In this document: piece by piece, positions 30,244 to 40,893 of the stretch | Numbering within the stretch: the stretch's first letter is position 1 | Layout of the letters: every line of letters starts with the position of its first letter | DNA from: an uncultured Chloroflexia bacterium | Lineage (GTDB): Bacteria; Chloroflexota; Limnocylindria; Limnocylindrales; CSP1-4 | Length of the DNA: 64,000 nucleotides | Reading direction: 5' to 3' | NCBI GenBank assembly: GCA_963768655.1 | Contig: CAVYIM010000005.1 | Location: 320,001-384,000 of the forward strand | The notes under the pieces: generated by a model | What the model saw: only the letters and a program-made list of their open reading frames with translations | What the model was told of the DNA's origin: nothing | Databases searched by the model: none | Translations under genes and position numbers: made by a program

Positions 30244-31464
30244 GTGAGCGACGGCACCAGGGCGTGCAAGTACGGCGTTCTGGGCGCGGGACGCCAGGGA
30301 ACTGCGGCGGCGTTCGATCTGGCGGTCCGTGGCCAAGCCGCATCGATCGTGCTGGCTGATCTGGACGGAGCGCGAGCCGACGAAGCGGCGACGCGTGTCA
30401 ACCGGCTGGCAGGCGCCGCCATCGCGAAGGGTGTGGCGCTGGACGCCACCGACTCCCCTGCCCTGGTGGAGTTCCTGCGGCCCCTCGATGCCGCTATAGG
30501 TGCCATCAGCTACAAGCTGAACCTCGGGTTCACCGAGTCGGCCATCGAAGCCGGCACCAACTGGTGCGATCTGGGCGGCAACACGTCCGTCGTGCTCGGC
30601 CAGCTCGCGCTCGACGCTCGAGCGAAAAGGGCCGGTATTCGGATCGTGCCCGATTGCGGCGAGGCGCCGGGTCTGGCGAGCAACCTGATGGCCTACGCCA
30701 TGTCTTTGCTCGACGAGCCGGAGGACCTCCTCCTCCTCGACGGAGGCTTGCCGCTCCACCCGAGCCCGCCGTGGAACTACCGTCTCACCTTCTCGATGGA
30801 CGGGCTCACCAACGAGTATGCGGGTGGAAGCACGTACATCCGCGACGGCAAGCCGGTCGAGGTCGCCTCCTTCGACCCGGCCGAGTACGAGCTGGTCGAC
30901 CTGGGCGAGCCGGTCGGCCTGCTCGAGGCATTCTCGACGGGCGGCGCCTCAACCACTCCGTGGACGCTGGGCAAGCGGCTGCGCTCGATGCGCAACAAGG
31001 TGGTTCGGTATCCGGGCCACGTCGTCGTCTGGAAGGGCTTCATGGAGGCGGGGCTCTTCTCCGAGGAGCCGATCCGCGTCGGCGACCAGGAGGTCGTGCC
31101 GCGCCAGGTCTTCCACGCCCTGATCGAGCCCCGGATCCGCGCCGACGAGAAGCTCGACGACATCGTCATCGCCCACGTCATCGTGACCGGCCGCAAGGCC
31201 GGGCAACCGACGCGCGCGGTCGTCGACATGCGCGTCGTCCGCGATCACAAGCTCGGCTTCTCCGCCATGGAGGAGACCACGGGCTGGCACGCCGCGATCG
31301 TCGCCCACCTCATGGCCCGGGGTCGGATCGCCACCGGCGCGGCCCCGGTGGAACTCGCCACGGACAGCGCCGAGATCGTGGCCGAGCTACGCGCCCGCGG
31401 CTTCCCGGTCACGGAGTCAGTGGAACCGATCGCGCCGAGCGCGCCGGCTGAGGCGGCCGAGTAG
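30244..31464 (+). CDS. Saccharopine dehydrogenase / lysine 6-dehydrogenase family oxidoreductase
   Basis: GVLGAGRQG, DLGGN, DCGEAPG, GLTNEY, RYPGH, AMEETTG. Confidence 0.88.
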   Translation: MSDGTRACKYGVLGAGRQGTAAAFDLAVRGQAASIVLADLDGARADEAATRVNRLAGAAIAKGVALDATDSPALVEFLRPLDAAIGAISYKLNLGFTESAIEAGTNWCDLGGNTSVVLGQLALDARAKRAGIRIVPDCGEAPGLASNLMAYAMSLLDEPEDLLLLDGGLPLHPSPPWNYRLTFSMDGLTNEYAGGSTYIRDGKPVEVASFDPAEYELVDLGEPVGLLEAFSTGGASTTPWTLGKRLRSMRNKVVRYPGHVVVWKGFMEAGLFSEEPIRVGDQEVVPRQVFHALIEPRIRADEKLDDIVIAHVIVTGRKAGQPTRAVVDMRVVRDHKLGFSAMEETTGWHAAIVAHLMARGRIATGAAPVELATDSAEIVAELRARGFPVTESVEPIAPSAPAEAAE

Positions 31465-31516
31465 CGGAACTGCGGACTCGGCCGCCGCTCGGCCGGGACC
31501 CCCAGGCGGCAACAGG

Positions 31517-32908
31517 TCAGTGGCGGAACGACGTCACGAGCGTCCTGTCGATCGGTTCCGCCTGGCGCTCCAGCTCGGGCAGCAGCCGCTCCAGGTCGGC
31601 CATGAAGAGGCCCGCCAGGTCGTGGGAGAAGCCGTTGCGAACGACTATGCGCAGAACCGCCAGATCCTCGCGATCGGCCGGGAACGTGTAGGCGGGCACC
31701 TGCCAGCCGCGCTCCCGAAGCCGCCGCGAGACGTCGAAAACGCTGAAGTTGTCGATCTCCGCCTTGACGCGAAACGCCACCACGGGCAACTCGCTACCGT
31801 CGGTGATCAGCTCGAACGGGCCCAGCTCGGCCAGCTTCCTGGCGATACTGCCGGCCACGTCGCGGCAGACGGAGTGGACCAGTCGATATCCCTCGCGGCC
31901 GAGGCGCAGGAACATGTAGTACTGGGCCACGATCTGGGCGCCGGGGCGCGAGAAGTTGAGGGCGAAGGTCGGCATGTCGCCGCCGAGATAGTTGACGTGG
32001 TAGACGAGCTCCTCGGGCAGCGCCGCTCCGTCGCGCCAGAGGACCCACCCCACGCCTGGGAAGACCAGGCCGTACTTGTGGCCCGAGGTGTTGATGCTCG
32101 CGACACGCGGGATGCGGAAATCCCACGGCAGGTCAGGGTCCAGGAAAGGCGCGATCATCCCGCCCGAGGCGCCGTCGACGTGGATCGGGACATCCAACCC
32201 GGTCCTCTCCTGGAGACGGTCGAGGGCGGCCGCGATCTCCGCCACGGGTTCGTAGCTGCCGTCGAAGGTCGATCCAAGCACGGCGACGACGCCGATCGTG
32301 TTCTCGTCGACGAGCTTCACAGCCTCCTCGCCGGTCAGATGGAAACGGTCGCCCGCCATCGGCACCAGCCGTGGCTCGACCTCGAAGTAGTTGGCGAACT
32401 TCTCCCAGCAGACCTGGACATTGATGCCCATGACGATGTTCGGCTTGGCGGTCGACTTGCCGGCCGCCCGGCGCTGCTGCTGCCAGCGGCGCTTCAGCGC
32501 CAGGCCGCCGAGCATGCACGCCTCCGACGATCCGACGGTCGAGCAGCCGGGGGCCTTGGCCGGATCGGGCGCGTTCCACAGGTCGGCCAGCATCGAGACG
32601 CAGCGGTGCTCGATCTCCGCCGTCTGCGGGTATTCGTCCTTGTCGATCATGTTCTTGGGCAGGCATTCGGCCATCAGCATGCCCACCTCGGGTTCCATCC
32701 ACGTGGTCACGAAGGTAGCCAGGTTCTGGCGGGCGTTGCCGTCGAGCATCAGCTCGTCGTGGATGATCTGGTAGGCCGCGGCCGAGGACATTTCGCCGCT
32801 GGGCAGCCGCCTGGCGGGAATGGGCGCCATCACGGAACCCTGGGCGAAGAGCGGGTTGACCGACAGGTGCTCGGCGCCGCCCCGGCGACGGTGGCTCGAA
32901 CCCAACAT
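31517..32908 (-). CDS. gadB: Glutamate decarboxylase (PLP-dependent)
   Basis: NARQNLATFVTTWME, KNMIDKDEYPQTAEIE, SGHKYG, LNFSRP. Confidence 0.95.
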   Translation of the reverse strand: MLGSSHRRRGGAEHLSVNPLFAQGSVMAPIPARRLPSGEMSSAAAYQIIHDELMLDGNARQNLATFVTTWMEPEVGMLMAECLPKNMIDKDEYPQTAEIEHRCVSMLADLWNAPDPAKAPGCSTVGSSEACMLGGLALKRRWQQQRRAAGKSTAKPNIVMGINVQVCWEKFANYFEVEPRLVPMAGDRFHLTGEEAVKLVDENTIGVVAVLGSTFDGSYEPVAEIAAALDRLQERTGLDVPIHVDGASGGMIAPFLDPDLPWDFRIPRVASINTSGHKYGLVFPGVGWVLWRDGAALPEELVYHVNYLGGDMPTFALNFSRPGAQIVAQYYMFLRLGREGYRLVHSVCRDVAGSIARKLAELGPFELITDGSELPVVAFRVKAEIDNFSVFDVSRRLRERGWQVPAYTFPADREDLAVLRIVVRNGFSHDLAGLFMADLERLLPELERQAEPIDRTLVTSFRH

Positions 32909-33037
32909 CCGAGGATCCTCCATGTGGCGCATGTGTGGCGCAGCCGGCGCGACATTGGCGCGGCGCCCCGATCGCGTGCCGGAGCGTCCGGCTCCGCTCA
33001 ACGGCAACTCTAGCTGTCACACGGATACCATGGCGCA

Positions 33038-34354
33038 ATGCCAGAGACGATCCCGGCCGCCGAGCCGGCTTCCGCCACCGCCGCCTCGGCCGTCCAGGCC
33101 GCCCCACGCCGGTCGTTGTGGCACCACGCCAACTTCATGAAGCTCTGGCTGGCCGCGACCGTCAGCCTGATGGGCAGCCAGGTCAGCCAGCTGGCGATCC
33201 CGTTCATCGCGACCGTCATCCTGGTTTCGAGCCCTCTGGAAGTGGCCCTGCTCGGCACGGTCGAGATGGCCCCGTTCCTGCTCTTCGCCCTGCCTGCCGG
33301 AGCCTGGCTGGACCGAGTTCGCCGCCGGCCGGTGCTGATTGCCGGAGACTTCGGCCGCGGCCTGGCGCTGCTCACGATCCCGATTGCCTACGCCGCCGGG
33401 GACCTGACCATCTGGCAGCTTTACGCCGTCGGCTTCATCGCCGGTTGCTTGACGGTTCTGTTCGACGTGGCCGACCAGTCGTACCTGCCGGCCCTTTTGG
33501 AGCCCGACTTTCTCATCGAAGGCAATGCCAGGCTGTCGGTGCCACAGGCGGCAGCCCAGATCGTCGGTCCCGGTTTCGGCGGCGGGCTGATCGGGCTGGT
33601 CGGCGCACCGTTCGCCGTCATCGCCGACGCGATCAGTTTCTTCGCGTCGGGCGGGCTGATATCGCTCATCCGTAAGCCCGAGCCGACGCCTGAACGGCTG
33701 GTGGAAACGAGCCTGCGCCAGGAGATTGCCGAGGGCCTGAGATACGTGCTCGGCAACCGCCACCTGCGCATGATCGCCGGGTCCACCGCGACCTCGAACC
33801 TTGGGACGAGCATGGCCTTCGCGATCTTTCCGATCTTCGCCTACCGTGAGCTGGGCCTGAGCGTGACGCTGGTCGGGATCGTCTTCGGGTTGGGCGCCCT
33901 CGGCGTCCTGCTCGGCGCCCTGGTCTCGGCCGGCCTCTCGAAGAGGATGGGCGTCGGACGGGCCATCGTCGGCTCGATGTTCATCACCGGGCCGGCGACG
34001 ATCCTCATCGCGCTGATGCCGTCGAACGTCCCCGTGGCCGCCGCCCTGCTGTTCTGCTCGGTGTTCCTGAGCGGGTTCTCCGCCGTCCTATACAACGTCA
34101 ACCAGGTGAGCTTCCGCCAGGCGATCACGCCCCTCGACCTGCAGGGCCGCATGAACGCAACGATGCGCTTCGTCGTCTGGGGCACGCTGCCGATCGGCTC
34201 GCTCATGGGCGGCGTGCTGGCATCGTTCCTGCCTGTCCGCACGACAATCCTGGTCGGCGCCGCGGTTAGCTCGGCCGCCTTCCTGTGGGTCCTCCTCTCG
34301 CCCGTCCGATCATTGCGCGTAATCCCGAGTGATGGAGTTGCGCCGGCTGGGTGA
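33038..34354 (+). CDS. MFS transporter
   Basis: About 12 TM; motif A-like GAWLDRVRRRPV. Confidence 0.9.
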   Translation: MPETIPAAEPASATAASAVQAAPRRSLWHHANFMKLWLAATVSLMGSQVSQLAIPFIATVILVSSPLEVALLGTVEMAPFLLFALPAGAWLDRVRRRPVLIAGDFGRGLALLTIPIAYAAGDLTIWQLYAVGFIAGCLTVLFDVADQSYLPALLEPDFLIEGNARLSVPQAAAQIVGPGFGGGLIGLVGAPFAVIADAISFFASGGLISLIRKPEPTPERLVETSLRQEIAEGLRYVLGNRHLRMIAGSTATSNLGTSMAFAIFPIFAYRELGLSVTLVGIVFGLGALGVLLGALVSAGLSKRMGVGRAIVGSMFITGPATILIALMPSNVPVAAALLFCSVFLSGFSAVLYNVNQVSFRQAITPLDLQGRMNATMRFVVWGTLPIGSLMGGVLASFLPVRTTILVGAAVSSAAFLWVLLSPVRSLRVIPSDGVAPAG

Positions 34355-34516
34355 CGCGCCCGCCACCGATTCGGAACGGCCACCCTTCCAGCGGGCCCTC
34401 CGAACCGGCCTGGGAGCGAAGCGTGAGACAGATACGCCGATTCAGACCCTGCCGCCGAGTCGGCGCGTATTCCCTGTGAGCCCCTCGATGGAGGGGAACA
34501 TAGCCGGAAGGAAACC

Positions 34517-35101
34517 ATGCGTCCCACCAATCGATTGATCTCGCTCGCGGGGGTCTCGGCCGCCGCACTCCTCTTCGTCGCGGCCTGCTCCTCGGCCGCC
34601 GCCACTCCCCTGGATTCCTTCCAGGGCGCCACCGCTACTCCCGCGATGGCAACTGAGAGTGCCATGGCGCCGGCAACCAGCCCGGCCGCCACCGGCCTCA
34701 CGATCGGCGTCACGAACGATCCCACGCTGGGTGCGTACCTCACCGGGTTGAATGGGATGACGCTTTACGTCTTCAAGAACGACACGCCGGACACGTCCAG
34801 CTGCACCGGCACCTGCGCCACGAATTGGCCGCCACTGACGGTCGCGGCCGGTACCGCGATCGTCCCGCCGGCCGGCGCCACCGGCACGTTCAGCCTGATC
34901 ACCCGGCCCGACGGGACGATGCAGGTCGCTTACGACCACCAGCCGCTCTACTACTACGCCGGCGACTCCGCGGCCGGTGACACGAACGGCCAGGGCCTCT
35001 CGGGCAAGTGGTTCGTCGCGCCCCTCACGTCGAGCGGCGCCTCGGGGTCGCCCGCGGCAGCCACGCCCGCTGCTACGGCCAGCACAAACTCCGGGTACTG
35101 A
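34517..35101 (+). CDS. COG4315 / Lipoprotein_15 secreted-repeat lipoprotein
   Basis: Lipobox VAAC; GMTLYVF..D, CATNWPP, PLYYYAGD..GD.NGQG. Confidence 0.9.
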   Translation: MRPTNRLISLAGVSAAALLFVAACSSAAATPLDSFQGATATPAMATESAMAPATSPAATGLTIGVTNDPTLGAYLTGLNGMTLYVFKNDTPDTSSCTGTCATNWPPLTVAAGTAIVPPAGATGTFSLITRPDGTMQVAYDHQPLYYYAGDSAAGDTNGQGLSGKWFVAPLTSSGASGSPAAATPAATASTNSGY

Positions 35102-35135
35102 TTCGAGGGCGGCCGTGCCGCCTGAACCGCCATCC

Positions 35136-35170
35136 GAACCCGTCGGCCGGAAGGCCGGCGGGTTCTTCGT
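35136..35170. terminator. Hairpin between convergent genes
   Basis: GAACCCGTCGGCC-GGAA-GGCCGGCGGGTTC followed by TTCGT. Confidence 0.6.
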
Positions 35171-35479
35171 TCACAGAATGCGCACGTCGTGCTGCGCGCG
35201 AGCCCGGCTGAGCTCTTCCGGGGTCAGCGTCGCCGGGTCCACCCAGCCAACCAGGGTCCAGTGGTTTCCGACCGGGCAGCGCTGGAAGCGCACGCGACCC
35301 AGCCTGACGGCCTTGAGCGAAGCTCCGGGCACGACTGTGGACGTGAAGAGGTGTCCGGAACGGCAGCGCGCGATCCGCTCGAAGCGGTCGCCCGAACGGG
35401 CGCCAGCCACGAGCAGGACGGCCACGACGGCGATCAAGACCACCAACCCGAGAACCAACCCGAGAACCAACCCGTACAT
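35171..35479 (-). CDS. Small membrane-anchored Cys/His (putative Zn-binding) protein
   Basis: TM helix, then RCRSGHLF...SLKAVRLG..RFQRCPVGNHW; RBS AGGAG. Confidence 0.75.
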   Translation of the reverse strand: MYGLVLGLVLGLVVLIAVVAVLLVAGARSGDRFERIARCRSGHLFTSTVVPGASLKAVRLGRVRFQRCPVGNHWTLVGWVDPATLTPEELSRARAQHDVRIL

Positions 35480-35552
35480 CCAACTCTCTCCTGGCCGCCC
35501 TATCTAGACCTCTTGACAAAGGCTACGCCCGGGACACGAAAGCTGCCCGCCG

Positions 35553-35607
35553 CTGCCACCTGCCGCCTGCCACCTGCCGCCTGCCACCTGCCGCCCGCCG
35601 CCTGCCG
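35553..35607. repeat. Intergenic heptamer tandem repeat (CTGCCRC), about 8 units
   Basis: CTGCCAC and CTGCCGC alternate. Confidence 0.85.
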
Positions 35608-35731
35608 ACCGCGCGGAGGCGGCGATAGAACCCGCGCTGCCGCGCCAGCCACGTGTCGGGCGTCCGGCCAGTCGATCCTCGCCAGCGGTCGGCCCCAGCC
35701 CCGAAGAGGGCCGACCGCCCAGGGAGGCCTC

Positions 35732-36535
35732 TCAGGGAAACAGCACCTTCGCGAAAGCCTCGGCGATGGCGCGGTAGCCGCGGGCATTGGCGTGGGGGTC
35801 GGGCCCGAGCGGCGGCGGCGAACCGGCCCAGGTCCACTCGTGGATCCGGGCCACGTTTAGCGGGACCGGACCGAAGCCCTCCAGCGTCACGATCGTCTCG
35901 AAATCGGACGTTGCAAAGGCCCCCTCCACGTCCGCGACATCGAGCCCCGCGGCGGCGTACATGGCGGCCAGGCCGGCGTTGATGGGCAGCACGCCCTCGT
36001 ATACCGACGTTCGGGCCAGAGCCTGCCCTTCGGGCCCATTGACCCAGTCCGCCAGGAACGGATCGTAGATCGTCATTCCCACGACTGGCGTATCGGGACC
36101 AGCGGCATCCCTCAGGGTTTCCAGAATACCTGGCAAGTTCCGTGCCACCGCCTCCAGCCCCGGCGCAATCCCCGCCAGATCGCGGCTCGGGAAGTCATTG
36201 AAGCCAATGTCGAGGGTGACGAAGGCGACCTCGCCTCGATGGCTTCGCAGGAAGTTGACCGCTTCGGCGAGCTGATTCCCCCGCGGGTACGCGAACAGGC
36301 TGCCGTCGAGCATCGTGGCGGTCGATTCGCCCGGGTAGCCGAGCTTCACGACGCGCAGATCCGGCAGCCGCTGGCGCGCGAGCGCGACGAGCTGATCCGA
36401 GTAGCCCTCGTCTGTCCGGAACTGGAGGTTCTCCGGACCGATCGGCTGAACCCCGGTCGACAGCGAGTCGCCCAACGACAGGTAGAAGCACGGTTCGGGT
36501 TCGCCCGAGGTGACAAGCCGGCGCGAGCTGCCCAA
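35732..36535 (-). CDS. SGNH/GDSL hydrolase
   Basis: LSLGDSL, GYPGES, IGFND, DPHAN. Confidence 0.9.
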   Translation of the reverse strand: MGSSRRLVTSGEPEPCFYLSLGDSLSTGVQPIGPENLQFRTDEGYSDQLVALARQRLPDLRVVKLGYPGESTATMLDGSLFAYPRGNQLAEAVNFLRSHRGEVAFVTLDIGFNDFPSRDLAGIAPGLEAVARNLPGILETLRDAAGPDTPVVGMTIYDPFLADWVNGPEGQALARTSVYEGVLPINAGLAAMYAAAGLDVADVEGAFATSDFETIVTLEGFGPVPLNVARIHEWTWAGSPPPLGPDPHANARGYRAIAEAFAKVLFP

Positions 36536-36653
36536 AACAGGATCTCCAGATCAGTTTCGGCCGAGCCTAGCAGGCGGGCGCGGAGATTGGTGTCGGCTGC
36601 AAGACAGCACTGCCCGGGAACGCGGACGCGCTGCAGCGGCCATACTTTCGGAC

Positions 36654-37997
36654 ATGACGACGGCACTCGGGCTGGACGATCTCGGCCGCCCCACGCGGCC
36701 CCTGCCCGTCACTCACCTCGTTCGAATCTCGCTCTACTGGCTGGGCATCTCGACGGTCTGGAGCGGGATCGTGGACATCGTGAATGGGCGCCTGCAGTTC
36801 GCCGGCCTCGTTCCCAAGGGCAGCGAGGGCATCGGGGCGTTCGAGATCTCACTCCTCGGAATGGTGATCGCGATAGTCGTCCAGCCGACCGTCGGCACCA
36901 TCAGCGACTACACGATCAGCCGTTGGGGACGCCGCAAGCCGTACATCTTCGTCGGCTCCGCCCTGGACGTGGTCTTCCTCGCGGGCGTGGCCACCTCCAA
37001 CTCGGTCGCGGCCATCGCGGCCTTCGTGGCCCTGCTCCAGTTCAGCTCCAACTTCTCCCAGGGCCCGTTCCAGGGCTACGTGCCGGATCTCGTCCCGGCC
37101 AAGCAGGTCGGGCTCGCCTCGGGCCTGATCGGCCTCTTCCAGGCGTTGGGCAACATCACCGGCTACGTGATCGCGGCTCTCGCCGTAACGCTGAGCTCCG
37201 TCGACCCCAACGCCTTCCTGTACGGGACGCTGGCCCTCGGCGTCGTCGAGTTCACCTCGATGCTCGGCGTCGTCCTCCGGGTCCACGAGGGCGACCGCGT
37301 CAAGTCGCGCAACGGCCGCTCATGGCTGTCGATCGCGGCCGAGGCCTGGGGCTCGGATCTCCTTCGCGAGACCAGCTTCCTGTGGCTCGTGGGCTCGCGA
37401 TTCTTCGTCCTGGCCGGGGCCGCCTTCTTCCCGGCGTTCAGCACCTTCTACCTCGCCCAGGTCTTCGGCATGGACGCCTCGAACACCGGTGAGACCAAGC
37501 TCATCCTCCTGGGCGTCGTGGCCTCCTGCCTGACGCTGGCCGTGCTGCCGGCCAGCCGGCTGTCGGACCACATCGGGCGCAAGCCGGTCATCTACGGATC
37601 CTGCGCCCTGGGCGGGGTCGGGCTGACCATTGGGGCTCTCGCCCCGATTCTGCCGGTGGCGATCCTCGGCGCCAGCCTGTTCGCGGCGTCGGCCGGTTCC
37701 TTCCTGGCAGTCGACTGGGCGCTGATGAGCGAGCTCGTCCCAAAGGCATCCACGGGACGATACATGGGCATCTCGAACGTGGCCACGGCCTCCGCCGGCA
37801 CGTTCACTCTGGCAATCGGGGGAGCGATAGTCATGGACAACGTCAACCGCTGGCTCGGCTACGGAGCGGGACCTCGGGCGGCGCTGCTGCTGGGGGTCGT
37901 GTGCTACATCGTGGGAGCGCTGCTGCTGCTCCCCGTCCAGGAAGCACGACGCGGGGAGACGGTCGAGAAACCCGAGCAGACGGTGCCTCAGGTCTGA
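36654..37997 (+). CDS. MFS transporter (sugar-type)
   Basis: GTISDYTISRWGRRKPYI and LSDHIGRK motifs. Confidence 0.9.
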   Translation: MTTALGLDDLGRPTRPLPVTHLVRISLYWLGISTVWSGIVDIVNGRLQFAGLVPKGSEGIGAFEISLLGMVIAIVVQPTVGTISDYTISRWGRRKPYIFVGSALDVVFLAGVATSNSVAAIAAFVALLQFSSNFSQGPFQGYVPDLVPAKQVGLASGLIGLFQALGNITGYVIAALAVTLSSVDPNAFLYGTLALGVVEFTSMLGVVLRVHEGDRVKSRNGRSWLSIAAEAWGSDLLRETSFLWLVGSRFFVLAGAAFFPAFSTFYLAQVFGMDASNTGETKLILLGVVASCLTLAVLPASRLSDHIGRKPVIYGSCALGGVGLTIGALAPILPVAILGASLFAASAGSFLAVDWALMSELVPKASTGRYMGISNVATASAGTFTLAIGGAIVMDNVNRWLGYGAGPRAALLLGVVCYIVGALLLLPVQEARRGETVEKPEQTVPQV

Positions 37998-38564
37998 TGG
38001 GCCTTCGTCGAGGGGTTTGCCCTCGGCGGCCGACGACGCTGATCTGGGACAACTCGTAGCCCCGCAGCCGGAGGCATGCCGCGGACCCCTGGGCTGACGC
38101 GGCCGGAGCCCACTGAGCCCGACGGGTGGGTAGGGTGCGTAGTCTTCCGTAGGTCGGCCCGCGGCAGTCCGTCATGTGTCCCGATGGACGGCGCCCGGCG
38201 TCAGGCGTCTCATTGCCCGGCTCACCCAAAATGGCCGAGCTTCGATAGCCAGAGACCTACAGATGGGCCGATATCCCCCAAACGGGGCAGCAAGTGTCGC
38301 CCGGCCCGCTCCGATAACCCTCACGGAGACGCCTCTGGGGAGCCTGTGCTCCGCGGCCGCCGGAGGGATCCCGTCGCCCGCGACGTCCGCGGGCGCCCCG
38401 AAGGGCACGGATGCCCGGATGGTGCCGGACCCTCAGCCCCGCTCGTCGGCCGGTCTCGACCCTCGATCCGGGTCGGGCAACCAGCGGACCGGACTCGCCT
38501 CGGCGATACTGCCGCCGGCGTCGAGGTTGCGCACCCGCCTTCGCAACGACCGAGGCGTCGACCG

Positions 38565-40760
38565 ATGAGCCGGGAGCTGGCCCTTCGCCGGCACGGCCTC
38601 TTCCCGGGCGCTGCGGCCCTGGCCCTTCCGGCGGCTCACCGCGGCTGGCGCGATCGGCCCGGCCTGATTCTCCTGATCGGGGGCCTGGCGACGGCCGTTC
38701 TGGCGGCGCTGGAGGTGGCGGGGGTCGGCGGCGAACATAGCGCCGTCATCGGGCTCCATGTCCTTGTGTCGGCCGCCGCGACGACGCTCGCGCTGTCAGT
38801 TCTGGCTCGCCGTCCGCGTTCGGGCGCGCTCCGCCACGGCCCCCTGGCCGCGGCCGCCGCCCTCACGGGCATCGGGATGCTCGTCCTAAACCTCGCGGCG
38901 CCGGCGTTCGGCGTGCCCCCGGCCGCGATCGCGGCGAACGTCCTCTTCATGGCCGGAGCCGCGCTCGCCACGCCAGTGATCGTGGGATCCCTCTACCGCC
39001 GGCTCGAGAGACGCGTCCTCGACATGGCCGCCCTCGACGGCGGCATCATCCTCTTTGCGGGAATCACCCTGATGCTGACCATGCGGCCGACGGACGCGGG
39101 CGTGGAAGGGATCGGCCAGCTGGTAGTCCCGGTGATCGCGGCCGGGTTCATAGCCAGTGCTGGCGTGGCCGCCATCGTCGCCCTGGCCTTGCGCGCCGCC
39201 CCGGCCTTCCGCGGCGTCTGGGCCGGGATCGTCGGCGTTGCGATCCTGGGCGTGTCCTGGATCCTGTGGATCGGCACCGTCCTGCGCGGCCAGTACCGCG
39301 ACACGTCTACCAGCCTGCTCTACTCGATCGGCATCCTGCTCATCGGCTACGCCTGGATGACCTGGAACGAGGACGTCGGCGGCGGCAGGACGTACGACCG
39401 GATCGCTCACGCGCTGGTCGACTGGCTGCCCATCGGTGCCATCCTCATGTGCGTGGTGATGGAAGCCATCCCGCACGGCCGAATCGACGGCATCGATCCA
39501 GCTCCGGTCGGGACTGCCGTCGTGGTGCTACTTTCGATCTCGCGGCAGCGGCTTCTCCTCGTTCGGGAGCGCTGGGCCTCCCACCGACTGGCTGGTGAAG
39601 TGGAGGAGCGGGCCCAGACGATGCTCTCGCTGGCCCGTCTCGAGCAGGCCGAGTCTCTGGAGGCCACGGCCACTCGAGTCTGCGACGAAGCGCTCCATCT
39701 GGATGCGATCGAGTCCGCGTGCGTCTACACCTTCGGGCCGTCAGGCACGGTCGTGCCGCTGGCACTTCGTGGAGCGTTCCGCACCGATGAGAGCGTGGGC
39801 GAGCCCATCGACGAGGGCCGCGCCTTCCATAGGCGGGCCTGCGCGAGCCAGGGAACATGGGTCGACGCTCCCGACCTCGGGAGCAGCCCACCACTCGGTG
39901 AGGCCTTCGCCCCGATGCACTGGGACGACCGCATCGTCGGCGTCGTCGCCATGGGAACGACCAGTCGCGACGATGCTCAACGCCTGACCGAGCGCCTGCC
40001 AATGCTGACCGAGTTCGGCGTAGTCTCCGCCGCGTTGATGGGCCCGACGCTGACTGAGCACTGGCGTATCGCCGGGGTCCGCGAACAGCTCGAACGGGTC
40101 ATCTCCAGCCATGCCTTCACGCCCGTGTTCCAGCCCGTGGTCAGGCTGGAGAGTCGAGAGATCGTCGGCTACGAAGCGCTGACCCGCTTCGCCGACGGCA
40201 CTCGACCCGACAAGCGCTTCCTCGAGGCTCACGCGGCCGGGCTGAGCGTCCGCCTCGAGACGGCCTGCATTGGCGATCAGCTCGAAGCCGCGACGTGGCT
40301 TCTCCAGGGCATCTGGGTCAGTCTCAACATCTCGCCCGCCCTCGCCTCGGCGGTCGTGCCGTTGATCGCGGCCCTCGAGAGAGCAGACCGGGACGTGGTC
40401 CTCGAGATCACCGAGCACGTCGAGATCGCCGACTATCGCCAGCTGGTTGCGGCCCTCGAGCTGGTTCGAGGCCGGGCTCGACTCGCCGTCGACGACGCCG
40501 GCGCCGGCTACGCCGGCCTGAGCCACATTCTCGAGTTGAAGCCACAGTTCGTGAAGCTCGATCTGTCGCTGGTCCGGAACATCGACACGGACCCGGCCCG
40601 TCAGGCGATGGTGGCGGGCATGGCCCACTTCGCCAGCAACTCGGGTTGCGAGCTGATCGCGGAGGGGATCGAGACGCAGGCAGAGCTCGCCGAGCTGATC
40701 CGACTCGGCATCTCGTACGGCCAGGGTTACCTCCTGGGCAAGCCCGGCCCGGTCGTCTGA
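38565..40760 (+). CDS. Membrane-bound EAL-domain c-di-GMP phosphodiesterase with GAF-like region
   Basis: About 10 TM; FQPVV..GYEALTRF, EITE, AVDDAGAGYA, KLD, AEGIET. Confidence 0.9.
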   Translation: MSRELALRRHGLFPGAAALALPAAHRGWRDRPGLILLIGGLATAVLAALEVAGVGGEHSAVIGLHVLVSAAATTLALSVLARRPRSGALRHGPLAAAAALTGIGMLVLNLAAPAFGVPPAAIAANVLFMAGAALATPVIVGSLYRRLERRVLDMAALDGGIILFAGITLMLTMRPTDAGVEGIGQLVVPVIAAGFIASAGVAAIVALALRAAPAFRGVWAGIVGVAILGVSWILWIGTVLRGQYRDTSTSLLYSIGILLIGYAWMTWNEDVGGGRTYDRIAHALVDWLPIGAILMCVVMEAIPHGRIDGIDPAPVGTAVVVLLSISRQRLLLVRERWASHRLAGEVEERAQTMLSLARLEQAESLEATATRVCDEALHLDAIESACVYTFGPSGTVVPLALRGAFRTDESVGEPIDEGRAFHRRACASQGTWVDAPDLGSSPPLGEAFAPMHWDDRIVGVVAMGTTSRDDAQRLTERLPMLTEFGVVSAALMGPTLTEHWRIAGVREQLERVISSHAFTPVFQPVVRLESREIVGYEALTRFADGTRPDKRFLEAHAAGLSVRLETACIGDQLEAATWLLQGIWVSLNISPALASAVVPLIAALERADRDVVLEITEHVEIADYRQLVAALELVRGRARLAVDDAGAGYAGLSHILELKPQFVKLDLSLVRNIDTDPARQAMVAGMAHFASNSGCELIAEGIETQAELAELIRLGISYGQGYLLGKPGPVV

Positions 40761-40893
40761 CGCCTGGGCTCGTCACTCGCAGACGAGGCGCTCCAGACAA
40801 GCCCGCACCGCCGGACCGCACGATCGAGCCGGCGCGCCCTGCCCCCGTTGGACGCGTGCCCGCGTCCTCGCGGGGCGTTGTAACCTTCCGATC

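Noticed and set aside
38020-38564. Possible c-di-GMP riboswitch or sigma28 promoter (CCGATA motifs at about 38269 and 38312), and a 49-aa ORF (38419-38568) upstream of the EAL gene
   Set aside because: No GEMM consensus is recognisable; the motifs are short and the ORF has no supporting features.
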